Of a stretch of 64,000 bases of DNA, positions 1 to 29,320 are shown piece after piece. The stretch spans positions 12,222,655 through 12,286,654 of the forward strand of contig NC_134033.1 in NCBI RefSeq assembly GCF_964204645.1, in the 5' to 3' direction. This DNA is from Tubulanus polymorphus. Lineage: Eukaryota; Animalia; Nemertea. The notes beneath the pieces were generated by a model, which made no database searches, was not told the DNA's origin, and saw only the letters and a list, made by a program, of their open reading frames with translations. How positions within the stretch are numbered: the first letter of the stretch is position 1; each line of letters begins with the position of its first letter. The translations under genes and the position numbers were made by a program.

Positions 1-104
1 GGTGGGGATCGAGGGCCAGGTGCCGTAAATCTCATACTCATGGTTTCGTTGCATACTCATAATATCCGATTTTCAAAATGTCAGTATATTTTCCCCGTAC
101 ATAG

Positions 105-15128
<15,024 letters not shown>

Positions 15129-16329
15129 AGCGGTATGAGAAATGTAATGAAGTGGGCTGACTATCATCAAAACGTAAAAGACTGACTTTTTGGGGAGGGT
15201 TGAATTTATGTCATTCATTTATTTATCTAATGTTTTGGAGATTGGCCCTGTATCAATTCAACAACATGAGTCAGTGTTCTCGTAGAATACGGCTTTTTAT
15301 CCGTATAGGGCCCTATACATACCATACATCGGTCTAGGGCAGCTATAACGGGGGAAGTAAACTAAAAATTTACCAAAAACAACAAGAGACTTCAATATTT
15401 CTCTGCTCAGGTGTATTGTGGTAAAAATGTGACAATCATTCGATGTATTTATTCTAGAAATGATAAAAAATGAATCTCTGTTTAATTAGACGTTGTTTGA
15501 TAAAATAAATTCCGTAAAATGAACCGCACACGATTTGGGTCAGTTATTTTTGTTGATGTGTCTGACGTGAGGTTGTTGAACTCATGTCGGCTCGTGGGAT
15601 GATTATACAGAAAAGAACCGGTTTTGATGTCGTTCCTTTGGCTTAAGAAACTACATCTTAAAAGGCCGGTAATGATACCCGTTCACGAAGCGATGGCATA
15701 GACCATAGCTTAAGCTGTAGTCTATAAGACCACTGGGCCCGATATAGCTGTTCAGAAATTCAGAAAACCGGATGAGAAGCTTCACAAACGTAAAGGCGAT
15801 CATTGCTTAGATTAAAAAGAGGACGCATATACCGTGAATGGTTCCTCACTTTGATCTGTCGTCTGTATTAGGTTTTCTAAGTGACTCGTAACGTAAAGGT
15901 GGACATTTTAAGTCGATAAGGTATATACACAATATCCGAGCAAGATGAACACGTTAAAGACAATCCGACAATAAGTGCAGTAAAGGACGAATAGTTCTAT
16001 AGCGAATGAATGAGTACGCGTATGAGAAAATGTTCGGCATCAAGCATCATCAGGCATATACATGCCTGAACATGGCTGTTATCAGAGTATAAGCCGAAAA
16101 GTTGCTCAATGTTATATTTATTTACTACGGAACTTTTCGTCATTTTCTGAACGCATTTGTAGGATATTTGCGAACACCGAAAATAAAACGGGAAACGCAG
16201 AAAACACAGAATCAAACACGACGCAGGGAAACGCTTGGAAACTTGGTTTCTGTGTTTCTGTGCGTCGTCTGCGTTGGGCTCGATGAGCGTATGTTCTGCC
16301 GGGCTCGAACCGTGCGCCTCGCAAAAAGT

Positions 16330-16711
16330 AAACAGTCACCCGCTCCTCGCGCTCTGATCGAAGACGCGCTGAAAATCATTCGCGACAAATTGGTTAGATA
16401 CATGCGGCGATAGTTTTCAGTTGGCGCACTCGTCACTGTTGTATCCAGGCAAGCGCTGCTGCAGCAGTTCTTCTCGATATCGTCGTGTAAATCGAACGGT
16501 CGAATTCCAGAGCACGAACGGGACTTGTCGTCGTTGTTGTTGTCACCGAGGCGCAGACACCACGAGGAGGAGGAACCGTCGTCAGCTCGTCGAGTCTGGT
16601 AGATGAACTTTGGAATTACAAAGAGGAACTTAACAATTACAACAGTGAAAATAGCTCGTAACACGGTTTTGAAGATGATGTTTGGGTATAGGCCTAACGA
16701 TCACTTTTAAG
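16330..16711 (+). promoter_or_regulatory. Probable promoter and non-coding first exon of the acetylcholinesterase gene
   Basis: GC/CpG-richer island downstream of the cyclase poly(A) signal, Inr-like ACAGTC near 16331, strong donor AAG|GTAAGA at 16711. The AChE coding exon has an acceptor at 54119 and needs an upstream exon. Linking the two is inference. Confidence 0.5.
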
Positions 16712-19700
16712 GTAAGACGTCGGTTATTTGCATACACAATATACACTAGGAACATTCCCTTATCGATATTATGTAGCCATATATACTTCATTTCTCAATA
16801 AGCACTTTTTGTTCGTTTGTTTAACAAGATGAAAACCCAAAAGAAATTGTTATTAGGATTATGATGATGGACCGAGACCTATCGAAACGTACGACCTTTT
16901 CATAATCCACCGATTGTGACAAGAGATTTTGCAGACTCTTAACAGGCTGAATATTTAACACAGTTTCTGATAGCGCATCACCCGTTTGAAAATGATTCTT
17001 TTAAGTAAATAGCTCCATTAGTTGAGTTTGTTTATGGCAAATCGATTGAGGGCGAATATTACTATGAAACCCTATACGTATCTATCAGATATTATTAGGA
17101 CATGTATTTTCATTGTCGATGTTAGGACTTAAAGCATACCAAAATCTTGTGAACGCATGCGGATCAGAGAGTGGCGTAACTTAAGCAAGGACACAATCCA
17201 CGACAAACCCCAAAATATGTTTAAAAATTTACTGCATTTTCGTGCAATTACCAAGCAAGGCCAAGGGCACGAAACCTTCACGACGGTAGCGCGTGACTCT
17301 GCGGCAACGTCTGAATCCGCGCCTTGTAACGCAATAGTTTCCGAGTTGACCTTGTTGAGGCCAGCATCACACCCGTCACCACTCGCTAGCTACAAAATAC
17401 CATTGATCTTAACGGGGAGAGGGAACTTTTTTTTCGAAAACTAATTAGCAAGTGTTCACACAATGAACCGTAGATTTACATGCCTCGATGCCTCGCTTCA
17501 TCAATCTTATATACGGCGCGCGCCTTTTTACAACAAAGCCGCTTCGTCTTTTCCTCTCGTTGCCTCTATCCCCTCCCCACTCTCTCCGTCATCGTCAAAC
17601 GGCTGATAATGAGACTGAGGTCGTTAAACATTATCATTAAGGAACTGGGTACCGTGTCCTACGTTGTCGTCGGGATTAATACGCCGCGAGCTTGTCACTC
17701 CGAAGAAAAGATGATGGTTTACTTTATATACGTGCGCGCCGGGGAATAGGTCCATTGTGTTTGTAATCACCTGTAGAGGGCTGTGCGAGTGTAGCGCGAT
17801 TATTTATCGCACGATCTCAGAATTAAGTGTTTCGCGCCTAATCGATTCGAAGAACAGAACTTGAATCATGACTGACTTAGGCTTCACACGCGTATTGACC
17901 GAAAAACTAGGCGTTTTCGAACTTCTTAGGGTCAATAAAAGTTCAAGCGTTGATGCAAAGATCAAGCGCTTATGTTTACCCGAAGTCATTGGCTTTTTAT
18001 ATTAAAATATAGGGATTGACCCTGTTATTAATTTGATTGGTATATTTAACTATCAATTTTGAAAGTAACCGTCGTCGACTGTCGGCTTTCACTTAAATAA
18101 GACCGCCGCCATGGTACATTTCATTTAGTCCATTTATTTTCTGGATACGTTTTTAGTTTAAATTTCTCTTGAAGATTTTTTTGATATGATATAAATATGT
18201 ACATTGTATGTACATGTTGCCAGCTTCAAAGACCGGATATCAGATTTACCCGTAGGGGAAGAACATCAATCTGGGTAACCCAATTACCATTACAACTATG
18301 GTAATAACTGACACATTTTCAAATGTCCTCAGGTGATATTTCGCTCCCACGTCTATATAATATAACTGGGCCCTGGACTATAACAACGGGCCCCTGGATG
18401 ATGCGTAGATGCGTCGTAAGCTTTGTCTTATTCGATATTTATCGTTGAAACTGGACGACGTGTTGCACGACGAAGCGTCGTAGATTGTTGCAAAATTCAT
18501 AGCCATGTTGTATTGTTGACTTTATGCGTGAGTTCACGTAGCTTCGTCACAGTGCGCCTTGTCGAAGATCGAACTCCGTAGCTACTTCAATATGGTATCA
18601 TATATTAATTTCTCCTTGATTCGATATAATGCACAAATGATTTTGAAATGAAATTGGGAATCCCCAGTGACATCTGATTTAGATGACGTCACTATCGTGA
18701 TCAGGACTGCAGTTACCGCCCGAAGGCTTAATGATGTGAATTTCTACCAAAAATATCCAGAGTAGAATCGTTAAAATTATTTCAATTTATCAACCGCATG
18801 GATAGGTGAATCTGCATAATTTCTGAAAATGAAAAAAAATGTGAATAGGAATATTAAAAAGATACTAACAAATTATACAGCATCTTGAAGGGGACCGCAG
18901 AGGAGCCTTATCACTGTAACATGTGAGATATATACACCTCTGGGCCCAGTGAACTACAAAGACAAAAAACAACCCAATCAATGATAACCGTACAATGATA
19001 AACGAACTGTAGTAAGAGTGAAACAAATTTAAGTGAAAAAAGCAAAAGAAAAATTTAGCACCGGATTAAAATTAAATTGAGCAATCAACGACCAGACCGG
19101 ATCATCCAAATTTCGAATTGTTGCAAAAAGCATGTAAAGTTTCAAATCCTCTTTATTATTGAACAAGTTCCCGAGTAAATAACAAATATTCAATAATTCA
19201 GAGAAATATCTTTCGTCAAATAATCAGAAAGCTTTCGTTACGTTTTCTTTGATTCGATCGAAACTCTCGTTTTCACACACGATTCGTGGCATGATCCGGT
19301 CTGGTTTTCAGCAGCTCCCGGGTTAGGGAGAAGCGGGCTGCAGCGGCGGCTTGGTTTTAAGATGTTACCGCTACTGCTGTAATAGATTTTGACGTTGATT
19401 TCAATTCACAGTCGAGTAGAGATCGATGTGTCGTTACCTGTATCCATACAATGTGTATCTATACGCCCCTCTGGCTGAGCTTGTCATCGATTTTAAACCT
19501 CTCTCTCATAATTCTTGTCAAAGCAAAATATAGATTTCATGTAATGTCAGGTATATTAATAATTCAGACGCTTGCTGTATAGTTTTGCCCGTGGTACGAC
19601 CAGCGAGTTATACGCTCTTGTGCGCCCGCCGCCGCCGCCGCCGTCAAATGTTTGTCGAATGTGGAATCCAGTAATTAACCAATTAAAACTGTTATCAACA

Positions 19701-22700
19701 TCAAATATAAACATAAACGTCGTTTCGTGCTTAATTCAATCTTCGGCATCGGAATGAACGTAATGTATTGGAATCTGCTGAATTATTAGATCCGATTAAA
19801 TTCCCGTCCAGTAGTATACCCTCAATCCGAGTATCCCGGAAATTTAAGAGGATACCAACAGACGAGCAATACTCGTATTTTGAAAAAAAAAACTAGGAGC
19901 TATCCTAATACTACGTATTGCCAGCGATCAGAATATTGTGTCTTCTTCTTAATTTTCTTCAATCGTACATCAACAAAACCGGTAACCTAACCGCTTATCT
20001 AACCGGTAAAGGTAAAAGAATAGATCGATCTTTATATGTGCGACTAATTTATTGACCAGCATTACGTCCAGGATGTTGGAGAATCCAGTTTTTATCCCGA
20101 TGCTGAAATCATTGAATCGGCGTAATGTGATGATAAAAAAGATGGAAAATACTTAATATCTGGATACCTGATACCCGATCAATCATTAATCATTAAAGAA
20201 AAAATAGTGATGGAAAGTACTTGGTCACCTTTGAAAGCGGCGTCCTCGCAACACCCCACAAGATTCCACAATGATCCGCCAGGTGCGCTAGTAGTAACTC
20301 GGTTAACTGCGCTACAATTAGTTCTAGATCTCGAATCAACTTTTCTCATTAATAAATCAATGTTCAATGGAAACTATACCAGACACAGCGACTAAATTGA
20401 TAAAGCCTGAAATTCGGTTTCAGATTGATCGAAAATGCTGCTTTTCACCACGTATATACCGGCACCATATATCATAATTAATACGCGGAAATTTGAGATG
20501 AAAATCGTAAACGATTTCATACATCTTCCTGCAGAAAGGATTTGGGAAAAATATCGTCGAGGACTGCATGCTCACATTGCAATGGGTCCGATGCGCGCAG
20601 CGAGACTTCGGTCGGACACTTTTCCTCATAGCGAATAGCGACGTCGTCTTAACGACTCTCGGCGTACAGCTATACTACTTGACAATCCACGCACGAGCTT
20701 TACTGGCGTCGAAAACTTACCCGCAAATATATGACCTCTTGTTGAATACACGCTAATGAAAATTCTCCGCAACATAATGCTTGAACAAATAGAGACGATG
20801 ACTCGATCGTTGTTCGTGTTCGAGGTACTCGCGGTTGCGGAAAACATCGTTCGACTTAACAAGATCCGATACCGCGACTCTCTTGTTTCATCCAATATAT
20901 CTCTATCGAAGCTTTCCATATACAAGGCTCTGACGCTCGCCGTTTGAATAAATCTAAAACCTTTCTCGACTTCGTCATGAGCGTTTCGATGATTGTGTAG
21001 CTGATATTAAAGACGCTTTTGTGAAACCGAAGACGTTAGTATCACACGCCTAAGATTAAACAAGCTACATACATCTAGCTTGCATTATGCATTTACCAAA
21101 CCTCACTTTCTTTGTGTTTCTACATAAAATGTGACTTCACGAAGATAAGTGCAAACGAACTGAACCAGTGATTCTGAATCTTATTCACAATTGTGGAACT
21201 GGGATGAACCGTATCTTTCGAAATGAAATGTAACGGTTAGCATTTTGAAAGGAAAAGCCCTTCTGATTGACTCATAAATGAAAACCCGACCAAAGAGCGA
21301 TGCTGATCAAGAGACCATGGTTTCTTACTTTCGAAGAAATAACTATCTTTATGTAGCATTTCCTGACGTATATATGTGGTTTATTTTGACTTGTTTTTAC
21401 CTCTTATTATTTTTGCTAGAATGTATTACGACTTGAAGCAATGTGTTCCGGAACCCTCATCACCCGTTAAGTGAAGAACAAAACCTCGTTAGGAAATTGA
21501 ATTGGGTCTTGATTGCTATACTTTAAGTACATAAAGTATCACTTCTTCTGTTTCGCTGACTACTTCAACGCTAGGGGATTTGAAAATCCATACAATATCG
21601 GACTTAGCCGTCCCCTTACAAACACTTCATATCATACGAACGTCGCTCGTAGAATCCTCGATTGCGTCGAAAGTTATGGACATAAGACGGCCGCAAGATA
21701 TTCATGTTATGCAAATTCATGCAAATTTCTCAGAAGTCGCGCACAAATATTATCGATTATTTTCGTTTTAGAGAAACCGCTCGCATTCTCCTCGTAGCCG
21801 TCTGATGTATATGTGAGCGTGTGCGCCTAGCTGTGACGTAGAAATGAAGAAGACCTTTTGCTCTTGCTTTCTATGCAGACGATATGAAATATTAAAGGTC
21901 GCGTTCGATCCTCGACTGTCTGCATTAATGGTTTCATCAATAAAATCATGTCACTCCACCATTTCTTACGGCGGTGACATTTTTATGCATACATTACCGA
22001 CAATAAGTTTGGTCGTTGGGGTGGAAATCATGTACATGTTTTAAGGCAGGCTATACATTTGGTGTGCTCCATTTACGGAGCACTCCGTGCACTGATCAAA
22101 ATGGAGTCGCTTCCGATGAAAAGACAAATCAAACCGAGATTCTATTGATACAAACGACGACAGAAATGAGCGGCTTAGCTATTTAACATTTGTATTGAAG
22201 AATTGAACTTAACAGGAGAAATATGATACCACTGTAAACGGGCCTGGTACGGGTATGTCGTTGGTGAATGCCAACTGCATCTGGATGTAACTCGCTTGCC
22301 ACAGCTTCATTTTGATATAATTCTAGTTACGAGTGAGTGATTTACGTATTGTGAACGCACTCTCTGAATTCGGGCTAGATTAGACTCGGATCTTGTCCGG
22401 GCCAGCTTAGCCCGGACCAAATCGATGAGATCGCAGCCCATGGTTAGGAATATCTATTCTGGCTTCAGGTTGGTGATATATCCAGGCATGAAAAGTGAGT
22501 TAGATCATACCCTAATCTAACCCTTACCATAACCGTTCAAGCCATTGAGGTAACTTTTCATCACTGGGTATATTAGAAAAACCCGGGTATCGGATGGTAT
22601 GTATACGTCGGTAGCTATCTGGCGAAGTCGACGACGGTCAATTTACCGCGCTGGTATCGGGGGTTATTGCGTTTGTACCAACGGCATAAAGCGCCAATTT

Positions 22701-23219
22701 TGTCCGACAGCATTTCCAATCGTAACGTCTAATTGAGTCCAATAAAAGTGGTGCCGAACTGTGAATAAAAGAATCGGTATTCGTACCGTTAATATCGGTC
22801 GGGCCGTCTTTGTGGTAATCACAGTCCATTTTGTCTTCTTTGGTTATTCCGGTGCGCATGCTTGATGTGGTTCTATTCTATCGTCTGACGATTTATCCGG
22901 ATTATTACGACCACAAGTTCCGAAGTTCTGCGATATATTTTTCAAATAAATTTTTCATGCCAAAGGTTATTCAACGCTTCGCGACTAATCGCGGAATTGG
23001 TGAAAAATTCGTCATCCTTTCGCCTTGGTTTCAACTTACATGTAAGATTGATATTCGCGCTAATATTCAAATCACACATTGGCCTAGGTTTACAGCGAGC
23101 ACATTTTATGCAAATCAGCGGGTAGCTGCAACAACAGTTCTACTACCAGATGGCGTGACGAAGATTCAGTTTTTCGTTGTCAAATTAGTTCGTTTTCAAT
23201 TAGATTTGAACTGAATTTT

Positions 23220-23470
23220 TTTAGGCTCCCGAATCCATAGATTATCACACGACCCAACAAATGCACGTAAGATTCATATTTTCTATTCAGATATTGGTAT
23301 AATTATCAGTAACGATGATCTTTTTAAGAGAAAATTTATTCAGCTTTCATTGAAATCTATCACTTCATAGAAAATTGAACACGGAAGATCGAGTAACTAC
23401 TAGCGAACCAGGTGGATCTTTGCTTGCCATAGGAGCGTTGGAGGTTTCCCATTGTAAGCGAACAACCTCC
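23220..23470. repeat. Dispersed repeat, copy A (copy B at ~41350-41610)
   Basis: Shared AGGCT.CCGAATCCATAG..CAGATATTGGTATAATT..TAACGATGATCTTTTTAAGAGAAAA..TTCAGC.TTCATTGAAAT. Confidence 0.75.
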
Positions 23471-25143
23471 CGTAACTGTAAAATATATAGTAGCAACGAG
23501 GATGTAAAAAGAACATCTTGACTACTTTTTATATTGTACACGAGACTGCAGCGAAGAACGCGTGTAAATGGTCGACCGGGGCCTCATCAGCCGTAATGCT
23601 GTAAGAACATTCACAGCCACATTTATCAGCCGTATCAACTGCGTATCATGTATATTAATAGGCCGTGTTACAGGAGAATAGCACCGTGAATGACCACGTA
23701 ATAAAGTTATTGTACACGGTATGTGTCATTCCTCGCGTCAATTTCATTTCCAACATCGGTAGTTCTGTTCTATGAGTGATAGCTCCCGGAATCCGTCTTA
23801 AACCTGTCCAGCGATGCAGCGGTAATTCTGCCCTTTGCCGCGGCACTTTAAATCTATTTGTACTCCGACAATGCGTGCATATATTTGATTTGCATTAGTA
23901 ATTAACTTATTTGCACTGACAGTATACGCGGCTTTCATCGACGCTTCAGTTCGCTATTCACGAACCTGTTAACATTCGTATCAACAATAATACGCTCAAC
24001 GCCGTTGCCAACGAAGAAAATTGATTTCGGTGGTAATTTTTGAATCGATGTTGTTTGAAAGTTCAGAAACCTTAAACTGTCATTTAGAGCCCAACGTGTA
24101 CACGATGCAGGGAAACATGGGAACACAAAACCACGCATCAAACCTGTACGATGTCGATCGTTTCCGGAACCATGTTTATCGTAAAAGGAAACGCATGTTT
24201 CCGTCTGCTGTTCAGTAATTCCTACAGTTCAATTAAAAATGATATAACCTCTAAATCTGAGTTTTATGTCGATCGAAGTATTCTGGAATTATCAAATTTG
24301 TGGTGATTTTTTTCTCCCACTAACAAGAGCGAGTCGTCCGAATGGAAGCTTCACGAGTTACCAACAGTTCCACTGGAGAACATCTTTCAGCAATCGACGC
24401 GTCAGATCCGCCGATTCTCTTCTCGGCTGTCTATACACGGGGTAGTTTTAATGAGAAAGCGCGTTTCCTCAGTGAGAAAGAAATAGAAAGCGGATAGCGA
24501 ATGCGAAAGATAAGATATTATCGGATGGGAATCAGTTGACATGATTTGTAGTAATCTGGCGTGTCAATATTAGTCCGATCTTATATCAACATTTTACTGT
24601 CTGTGACGTCAAGGAATATCTGACGTTTTCCCTACAGCCCGACTTATACATGATGAGTACAAAACGCCTCTTATATCAGTACGCTTAGATTCTGACCGGT
24701 TGATGTAAATGGCAGGTCATGCGATGTTCGGTGTTCTATTTTTTGGAGAAGGTATCAAAATCTACAGCCCTGAACCCTGAACGACCTCCCAATATGAATG
24801 GGTGTTACTAAAACTAAGCACTGATAAAACGAAGACCTGTATACCCAAGAAAGCGGACCCTTATATGTAAAGTGCATGGTATAGCTTACACTCATCACCA
24901 AAGGTGGTTAAATGCACTGATATCCGATAACATTTTTAAGGGTAGCTAAGGCATTCAGTCTTCGTTTTAACCGTGCATAGTTTTAGTAACAATCTGAGAC
25001 AAAATCAACATTGTGAAGTTTTACCGATGACTTTTCGAAAGTGTGCTGACGAAATGTCTGATGCCTGGTGTTTGTAAATTAGTTAATTTTCAAATATGTA
25101 TTTATAAGGTGGGATAATAGACTAATGAAAGAACTGCGGCCAG

Positions 25144-25378
25144 GGCCACCTTCGGTTATCGGAGTTAGTCGACTATAGTCGAACTAAATGAAACCGAATG
25201 TCCGTTAGTCGGAACTATGGTCCGGAAATGGTCGACCATGCAATTGAGCACGTGTCGCTACAGTTCGGACCTAGGTTCAAGATGGCCGACACTGTGAAAT
25301 ACGTTACGACCGAACTAGAGTGTGTTCGGTTATTAGTTCCGACCACTAGTCGACTAGCTACGAAAACCGAAGTTGGCC
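25144..25378. mobile_element. PIF/Harbinger-like MITE
   Basis: GGCCACCTTCGGTT..TAGTCGACTA / TAGTCGACTA..AACCGAAGTTGGCC inverted ends with CAG 3-bp duplication. Confidence 0.65.
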
Positions 25379-26449
25379 CAGAGTGTTTGTGTTGGCATTA
25401 GCGAATCTGCCGGTGAAAAACGACGCGTCTGATTGGCTTGATACATAGACTGGTGGCCGCTTAGCGACAACCTGTCCACCCGATAAATCTTGGGTTTAAA
25501 CCAATTTGCCTGTCCAATTCTGCGCCACCTTCATTCGCAGTCAGAATAGTATGGTCTTACTAACTCCAACTGAAGGTAGAGACCGGCAACAAGTCTATAG
25601 ACCAATGGAAGGTTTGCGGCCAGGGTTTGTGTTGGCGGGAGCTTCGGCGAGAAGCGATCAGACACTGGCAAGCGATGATGCAACGTATATAAACATTATT
25701 TCAACGCCGCTTTTTACGGCGTCAAAAAATTAGAATTCTCGACAAAACGAAACATAATACGTGTACACAATATACGGTATACTAACGGATGATACGACGA
25801 TTATAACTCATACACGTCTGTGATATGCGGCAGAGGAGGCGATAGAGAGTCGTTTACTGGTTTTAACTACTGGTGCATGCACGCGTGTAATGAGAAGGCG
25901 AGGAGGAGGATGGTTACTCACTTGCATATCACGACGGCGACTATTTTCTATACGACGCGTAGACGACAAATCTCTGGGCGATACCTATACAGCGATAGTT
26001 AACACGTCGGATAATTAGTCTATGCGCAGGTAGCAGTCTGTACGATTCTAAAAGATAGGTGCGAGCTTTGATGATGATGATGATGATGATGTAGTCCCTT
26101 GCGCACGACGATGCATTCGTGAAAATCGTCGAAATGATAATGACGTGGGTTCTGAGTGACATCGCGTGTCGGGTAAAGGTCATCATCGGTTTATCTTGAT
26201 TTACAGTTTTCTACACGCATTGCTGATCCGTACGTAGACCGTTCGGTAAACGATGGCTGACACCGAAATCCCCTGATATCATCGAATCTCGGAAAAGCTC
26301 TATTTCTTCGGCAAAGGGAAAATGAACTGATTCTGAATTTGAGCCACATCTGCGGATACTGGGTGCACTGTGGGCTGTACCTGTTCAGCAAAACTGATCA
26401 AGTAATAGGATAAAAACCCACGTAAACCCACGTTTTTAGTCAATTTCTC

Positions 26450-26494
26450 ACACCTGACGATGATCTCTATAAGTGTGAGATCGAAACGTCGTGT
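26450..26494 (+). ncRNA. Minimal type-I hammerhead ribozyme motif in a Penelope-like element remnant (~26400-26610)
   Basis: ACAC-CTGACGA-T-GATCTC(tataagtgt)GAGATC-GAAA-C-GTC-GTGT: intact CUGANGA and GAAA cores, 6-bp stem II, palindromic ACGT stem III, GUC cleavage triplet, ACAC/GTGT stem I. Confidence 0.7.
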
Positions 26495-29179
26495 TTTTTA
26501 ACAATTTCAGAAATAAATTCTCGATTTTAGATACTTTTAATTGTACATAGTGGGTTTTTACCGGACCTATTATCCGTTCACCACGTTTGAGTGCGGTTAT
26601 CGCACTACCAGATCAAATGTCTCACTACCAAGAAATTATGTATATGTGTGGTTTAGTTTGATTCCTTTTATTTTTACTTTTGCTTAAATGCGTTACAATG
26701 CAATTTCTTATGAATTCAATTTCGGTGAAATAAACGGTCCCAGGTATACTACGAGAAAATCGGAGTCTTCCTTTGTCGATATTTGAGACAGGCAAGTCTT
26801 TCCGTAATGTATTCGTCATAATTAGCTTTCGAATTCCGAGAGAAAGGGGCAACGACTTCAATCGTGGAACCTAATCGCACTTAAGCGTTCCTTTTGTGTA
26901 TACGACTTGTATGTATTGCATGAGAGCCCGTTTAATGTCGGCAGTAAATCAGAAATTGCACGATCTCTGATCAACAATTTCTCGGCGCCTTCACGGATAA
27001 GACGCATTAAACATGCGGTTTGTGCAATCGGGCTTATGATCCAATAACCCATCTCGTTTCTAGTCAATTTGTAGACGTTCTGGTGTTTCGCAGTCGACCG
27101 AGTACGAACACATATACGCACACACACACACACGGCGTACTGGTGCCGTTCGATGTTACAGCGAGCGTGTCCACTGGGCCGTGCTAAACGACCGAGTCTA
27201 TTCCATCCTTTACCCGAGCTTTTAAATATTAATTAAGCTCGACAGCCACGTAACGATGGATGAAGCTATCGGCTTGTAGCCACCTTCTTATACTTCTCCG
27301 AGTCTACTCAACTTATTTCAACGATATTTCGAATGGGTTATGTATAGGTTGTATTATACACTTGAAAGATACCGATTTCGGAATAGTCTTAATCGACGAA
27401 TAGAATGCGTGTAAATGATCAACTTTCGTGTCCAGTCGAGAATTTGGAGTCGATACGTATAGCACGGCGTGTTCTCCATATTGAAGATGGTTTGAACGGT
27501 GCAGTCGAATTCCGGGCATTCCTCGAAAATTGAATAGACACCTAAAAACCGGATGCGCTGTGATACCTAATATCCGGAATACTCCACTCATTGCTCGAAC
27601 AGTGGTACCAATCTGCAACACTCCGCTGTGTTACAGAACTGTCGTAGCTTTCAATAGTTTATCACTTAAAAATCAATGATATGTAATGTTTACCCCTGAA
27701 GTGAAATGAGACGATGGTTTTCTTCGTGAAGTGGTTTGCGTTCTGTGTTAAATACCTTATCGTTTTTAATATCAATAACATAGATTATTGATTATAGATT
27801 ATTGATATTATGCCCCCAGTTCATCTGGAAATATTGACGATATTTAGGATGGCTCATGGGTGGATTGAGGGGCCCTAGGAGACAACAGCTATTTTTGTAA
27901 AGATAATGTTCTAACAACCTGGCTAAGAAGTTACACAAACAGGCGAAAATAATTGCTGGTCATTTTGTTTTAGAATCATTCAAATTTTTCAAGACTCCTT
28001 AAACCCTGTAAAAGGCTTTGCACCTAACGGCGCTCGCTGTTCAAGCAGGCCAATACCGTATTCATGTAAGCCTATAACGTTTGCTCCATCTTCTTTTCCA
28101 CATCTCTGAATCTGCCCCGGGGGCTGCAGGACCGGCGGAAGCAAGTTGACAATTGACCCTGCTCGTATCCGACGACACGAGGCCTTGAGTGGGGTCATCC
28201 CCGGAGAATATCTGGTGGTTGCATTGCGAAGGCTTCGGGGCTATTTGAGACAATAGTTTTTCGGTATCGCGATTCAGGATTCACGATTGAAACACTTTGT
28301 TTAAGAATGTTACGGATCAGCAGGCGTAGCTAACGTTTTTGAATATGAACCTTCAGGAAAATATCATAATCGGCAAAATTATTAGCCCGGCCAATGCTCC
28401 ACCGGCCTTGGGCTGCAGGGAACCTCCTGTTACCGCATAAGTTCTACCTCGTCATGTTTTACTCAAATTGATAAATAGTCACATGTTTCAGGACAGACTA
28501 TATACATAATAATCCGTCCGGCGTACTAAAGTGTTTGCACGCTATTTATCGCTTTTGAAGTTATCAATTATTTCATCCTTCAGAAGACAGCATAGACGAC
28601 CAACATAATGGAAGTCGTTATGAATGCTAGTCGCTGTTAGTGAAGTGATTATACCTAATTGGTGCTCGTATTTCTGGCATTTGAAACGGCAGGCCCGTTT
28701 TCTCGATATCGATCGATTTTAATGATTATACACACACCAGTATACGAAGCTCTAAAGGAGATTGGTTTATCTGACGTATATAAATATATATATATTATAC
28801 GCACATTTTGAGAAATGAAGGGTCACTCAATGTTCATAGAAATTCATCGAGTTTGGAATCGATTTTTTTTTCTAACTCGCAATTATCACATAGTGGTACA
28901 CTTGGTTTGCGTCATTCCATAGACTGTTCGTTGCTTTTTAATGTGAATAGGGTGGCGGGCTTATCCGAAGTTGGTAGGATTCGATTATGAAGCTTAACAG
29001 CAAATTTTGATACGATTAATGACATCGGCGATATGAAGTAAGGCGAAACAAGAAGCTAACTCAAAAGTTTATTGACGCCTTGAAGAAAAATAACACATAT
29101 CTATTTCGTTATCGACACTGAATAATATAACATAATGTATGGGATCAATGATATTATTCTGAATTTGAATAAATCGACG

Positions 29180-29320
29180 AAATTGAATTGAATTGATCGG
29201 CAACCAGTCTAACAAGGCTAGCTCCGATATTGATGACGTAGTGCACATCGACTCTCACGGTACCCCTTTAAATAATGCAAAGTAGTTATCAATGTATAAC
29301 GTTATCGTAACGGTTTTAAC
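29180..29320. repeat. Dispersed repeat, copy A (copy B at ~44250-44535)
   Basis: Shared (AATTG)n-..CGGCAACCAGTCTAAC.AGGCT..CTCC.ATATTGA and TGATGACGTAGTGCACATCGACTC..GTACCCCTT. Confidence 0.7.
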
